Assembly: GCA_963845565.1 (NCBI GenBank)
Contig: CAWJSJ010000002.1
Coordinates: 128,001-192,000, forward strand
Source of the DNA: an uncultured Methylomirabilota bacterium
GTDB lineage: Bacteria > Methylomirabilota > Methylomirabilia > Methylomirabilales > 2-02-FULL-66-22
DNA length: 64,000 nucleotides
Reading direction: 5' to 3'
Within the stretch, counting starts at the first letter, position 1, and the number at the start of each line of letters is the position of its first letter. Below are positions 61,357 through 64,000 of the stretch, piece by piece. Under the pieces are notes generated by a model, which was not told where the DNA came from, made no database searches, and worked only from the letters and a program-made list of their open reading frames with translations. A program made the position numbers and the translations under genes.

Positions 61357-62109
61357 ATGGATCAAGCGCCAGGCCTTCACCTGCAAGAGAATGGTGGGCG
61401 CCGCCTTAATCTTCACGCTCAGGTTGTCCGGGAACTCGGCCTCCGCATCCTGGCCGGAACGTTTCGCCCTGGAGATGTCCTCCCGAACGAAAACGACCTT
61501 GGGCGTGAACTAGGTGTCAGCCGGTCCATCCTTCGCGAGGCGATAAAATCCCTTGCCGCCAAGGGCCTCGTCGCATCGCGAACACGCGTGGGAACCCACG
61601 TTCGGGAACCACAGCATTGGAACCTGCTCGACGTGGATGTCCTTAGTTGGCGGTACGCCACGATGCCCCGGATGGCGTTCTTCCGGGACCTGTTCGCCGT
61701 CCGCCGTGTCGTCGAACCCGCGGCGGCCGAACTCGCGGCTGAAAAGGCGGAGCCCACCGATCTAGAAGCGATCGAGACCGCCTGCACCGCCATGGAGCAG
61801 GCGGACCCTACGTCTCAGGCGGCCATCGAAGCCGATGTCGCCTTTCACCGCGCAATCCTCACCGCCTGCCACAGCGATCTGCTCCTCCAGTTGGGCACAC
61901 TCATCGGAATTGGCCTCGTGACGAGCTTTCGGATTTCCACGCGGTTCTATCCGGTCTCTCTACCTCACCATCGACCAGTATTGAACGCCATTCGCAACCG
62001 GCGTCCTGCCGACGCGCGTGCGGCCCTGCAGACGCTCCTAACTGAGACGTTCGGGGACATCGAGCGCGAACTCGTGGAATCTTCTGCCGCGCTACCGGGA
62101 CAACCGTAA
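61357..62109 (+). CDS. FadR/GntR family regulator (DgoR-like)
   Basis: LPNENDL, VSRSILREAIK, WNLLD.DVL.W, DVAFH. Confidence 0.93.
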   Translation: MDQAPGLHLQENGGRRLNLHAQVVRELGLRILAGTFRPGDVLPNENDLGRELGVSRSILREAIKSLAAKGLVASRTRVGTHVREPQHWNLLDVDVLSWRYATMPRMAFFRDLFAVRRVVEPAAAELAAEKAEPTDLEAIETACTAMEQADPTSQAAIEADVAFHRAILTACHSDLLLQLGTLIGIGLVTSFRISTRFYPVSLPHHRPVLNAIRNRRPADARAALQTLLTETFGDIERELVESSAALPGQP

Positions 62110-62573
62110 CTCCCTGGTTTTCTGGAAGACGCCGTGCCGTTGTTACTCGCGCGGCAGTCCCCCGCGTCGCGTCATTCGGTTCCTGGCCAGAATCCGCTCA
62201 TCACGCCACGCCCGGTTGCGGAACTTCGGTAGCACTGCGCTCAAACAGCGATGTCGAGGGGGCGCCGATCAACAATCGGTGATCGGCGGCGAAGAGAATA
62301 TGCTTCTTCACTGCGTGGTGCGGGCCAGAAACAGTCTTCCATAGCGGAGCGGACACTCGGGCGTGATTCCTGCGGACCGCAGGCGCGTCCTCCCCCTTTT
62401 GGGCGTCATGAGGGATTCTCGTGCTGGCACGCGCTTGCCAAGCTGGCTCGCGACCGGAGTGTGGAGCCTTCAGCTCTCGCCCGCAATCAGCCGCGCGCAT
62501 GTCCGTGTGGCGCCAGCGCCCACTGTACCCGCGGGCTGGCCGCAATGGGGCGACAGCCTCGCGCCGTGCGGGC

Positions 62574-63911
62574 TCAGGCGAGCCCCATCGCCCGCACTTC
62601 CTCGGTCAGGCACCGGTCGAGGATCGCCACCGCTTCGTCGAGGTCCGCTTTGCCGATGATCAGCGGCGGGGCGAATTCCAGCGCCGTGTTCATGGCCTTG
62701 ATGATCATCCCCTGCTCCCGCGCCCGGTCGACCAGGCGGGTGAGGCCCGCCGCCGGGAACGGCGCATGGGTGGCCTTGTCCGTCGTGAGCTCCAGGGCCG
62801 CCCACAGACCGATGCCCCGTGCTTCGCCGACGATGGGATGGCGCTCCAGCTCCTTGAGGCGGCCGAGGAAGTACTCGCCCTGCCGCCGCGAGTTCTCGAC
62901 CAGCTGCTCGCGCTTGATGATCTCGATGTTGGTGAGCGAGGCGGCGCACGCCACCGGATGGTTCATGTAGGTCTGTAGGTTGGCGAACATCTCTACGGGC
63001 CGGACGACCGCGTCGGTGGCTCCCACCGCCCCCATGGGCACGTAGCCGCTGGAGATCCCCTTGGCCATGGTCATCAAGTCCGGCCGGATCCCGAAGTGCT
63101 CGCTGGCGAACCACGTGCCCGTGCGGCCGAACCCGCAGATGACCTCGTCGACGATCAGAAGGATCCCGTACCGGTCGCAGATCTCTCGGATGATCGGCCA
63201 GTATTCCGGCGGCGGCGCGCAGACCCCGAACGCCTGCTGGATCGGCTCGCCGATGAAGGCCATGACCTGACTCGGATCCTCGAACTGGATGAGACGCTCG
63301 ACGTCCCGGGCACAGGCGAGGTCGCACCCCGGATAGGTGAGGTGCAGGGGGCAGCGATAGCAGTAGGGCGACTCCGCGAAGATGGTACCTGGGGGAAGGG
63401 GCTCCATCATCTGCCGGATGGGAAGGACCGTCCCCAGCACGCGCAGCGCGCCCCCCGTCACGCCGTGGAAGGCGCCGCGACGGCTGACCATCTTGAACCG
63501 TGCCCGCTCACCCCGGTGGTGATGATAGTGCTTGGCCAGCTTCAGGGCCGACTCCACCGCCTCGGAGCCGCTGCTCACGAACAGGAAGTTGGCGATGGGC
63601 GCGGGCACCAGTGCGGCCAGCACGGCGGCCAGCTCGACGGCGCGCGGGTTGCCGAACTGCATCGGGGTGTAATACGGCATCGCCAGGATCTGGTCGGCCA
63701 CCGCCTGGGCCATCTCCTTCCGTCCGTAGCCGATGTGGACCGGCCGGGTCCACCCCGAGACGAGGTCCAGGTAGGCCTTGCCGTGCTGGTCGAAGATGCG
63801 CACCCCTTCGGCCCGCGCGATGATGGGAATACCTCTCTCCAGGTCCCCCTTCGAAGTTCTGGGGTAGATCACGTGGTCCTGGCTGCAGCCCTGCACATTG
63901 GAATCCGGCAT
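62574..63911 (-). CDS. Class III PLP-dependent aminotransferase
   Basis: SGSEAVESALK, FHG, LIVDEVICGFGRTG, AKGISSGY. Confidence 0.95.
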   Translation of the reverse strand: MPDSNVQGCSQDHVIYPRTSKGDLERGIPIIARAEGVRIFDQHGKAYLDLVSGWTRPVHIGYGRKEMAQAVADQILAMPYYTPMQFGNPRAVELAAVLAALVPAPIANFLFVSSGSEAVESALKLAKHYHHHRGERARFKMVSRRGAFHGVTGGALRVLGTVLPIRQMMEPLPPGTIFAESPYCYRCPLHLTYPGCDLACARDVERLIQFEDPSQVMAFIGEPIQQAFGVCAPPPEYWPIIREICDRYGILLIVDEVICGFGRTGTWFASEHFGIRPDLMTMAKGISSGYVPMGAVGATDAVVRPVEMFANLQTYMNHPVACAASLTNIEIIKREQLVENSRRQGEYFLGRLKELERHPIVGEARGIGLWAALELTTDKATHAPFPAAGLTRLVDRAREQGMIIKAMNTALEFAPPLIIGKADLDEAVAILDRCLTEEVRAMGLA

Positions 63912-63931
63912 CGCTCGCCTCCTTCGTCTGG

Positions 63932-64000
63932 TTAGGAGCCGTTACGAAATAACCTATACATCTCTTTTTATTTCGTTACGGCTCCTTATGCCGTTTCGGA
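63932..64000. repeat. 51-bp TTA-flanked inverted-repeat element, copy 2 (adjacent sequence runs off the window)
   Basis: TTA-GGAGCCGTTACGAAAT-N19-ATTTCGTTACGGCTCC-TTA-TGCCGTT. Confidence 0.85.

Noticed and set aside
62425..62440. TGGCACGCGCTTGC as a sigma-54 promoter
   Set aside because: Spacing is GG-N9-GC rather than N10, and it lies between convergent genes; only an imperfect palindrome

Overview
High-GC bacterial window, probably from a Methylomirabilota (NC10/Rokubacteria-like) genome. This placement is inferred from the orphan ABC_sub_bind paralogues, the '[11 protein letters not shown]' multi-GAF kinases and the repeat types; no marker gene is present. Scattered single-base frameshifts, some at homopolymers, suggest long-read consensus errors. 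(1) 0.3-13.6 kb is a signalling locus: a tandem array of translationally coupled substrate-binding-protein (SBP) cassettes feeding a dCache-HAMP-4xGAF histidine kinase, a cNMP-3xGAF kinase, two receiver proteins and a serine protease-TM-rhodanese-PilZ fusion. (2) 13.7-39.3 kb holds mixed genes: nitroreductase, Fe-ADH, TctC, CBS protein, an orphan FliK/FlhB-C pair, a degenerate GGDEF protein, a beta-propeller plus MoaD pair, pgm and a sugar ABC system. It also has a candidate structured leader RNA and three families of small inverted-repeat elements. (3) 39.7-62.1 kb is a catabolic island with three TRAP transporters, two split transketolases with altered phosphate- and hydroxyl-binding residues, two HpcH aldolases, several dehydrogenases and two FadR regulators, but no kinase. 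(4) A class III aminotransferase ends the window. No rRNA, tRNA, CRISPR array or transposase was seen. The best candidates for undescribed biology are the kinase-free transketolase island, the SBP-cassette/kinase array and the protease-rhodanese-PilZ fusion. All product calls come from motif recognition by eye; no searches were run.
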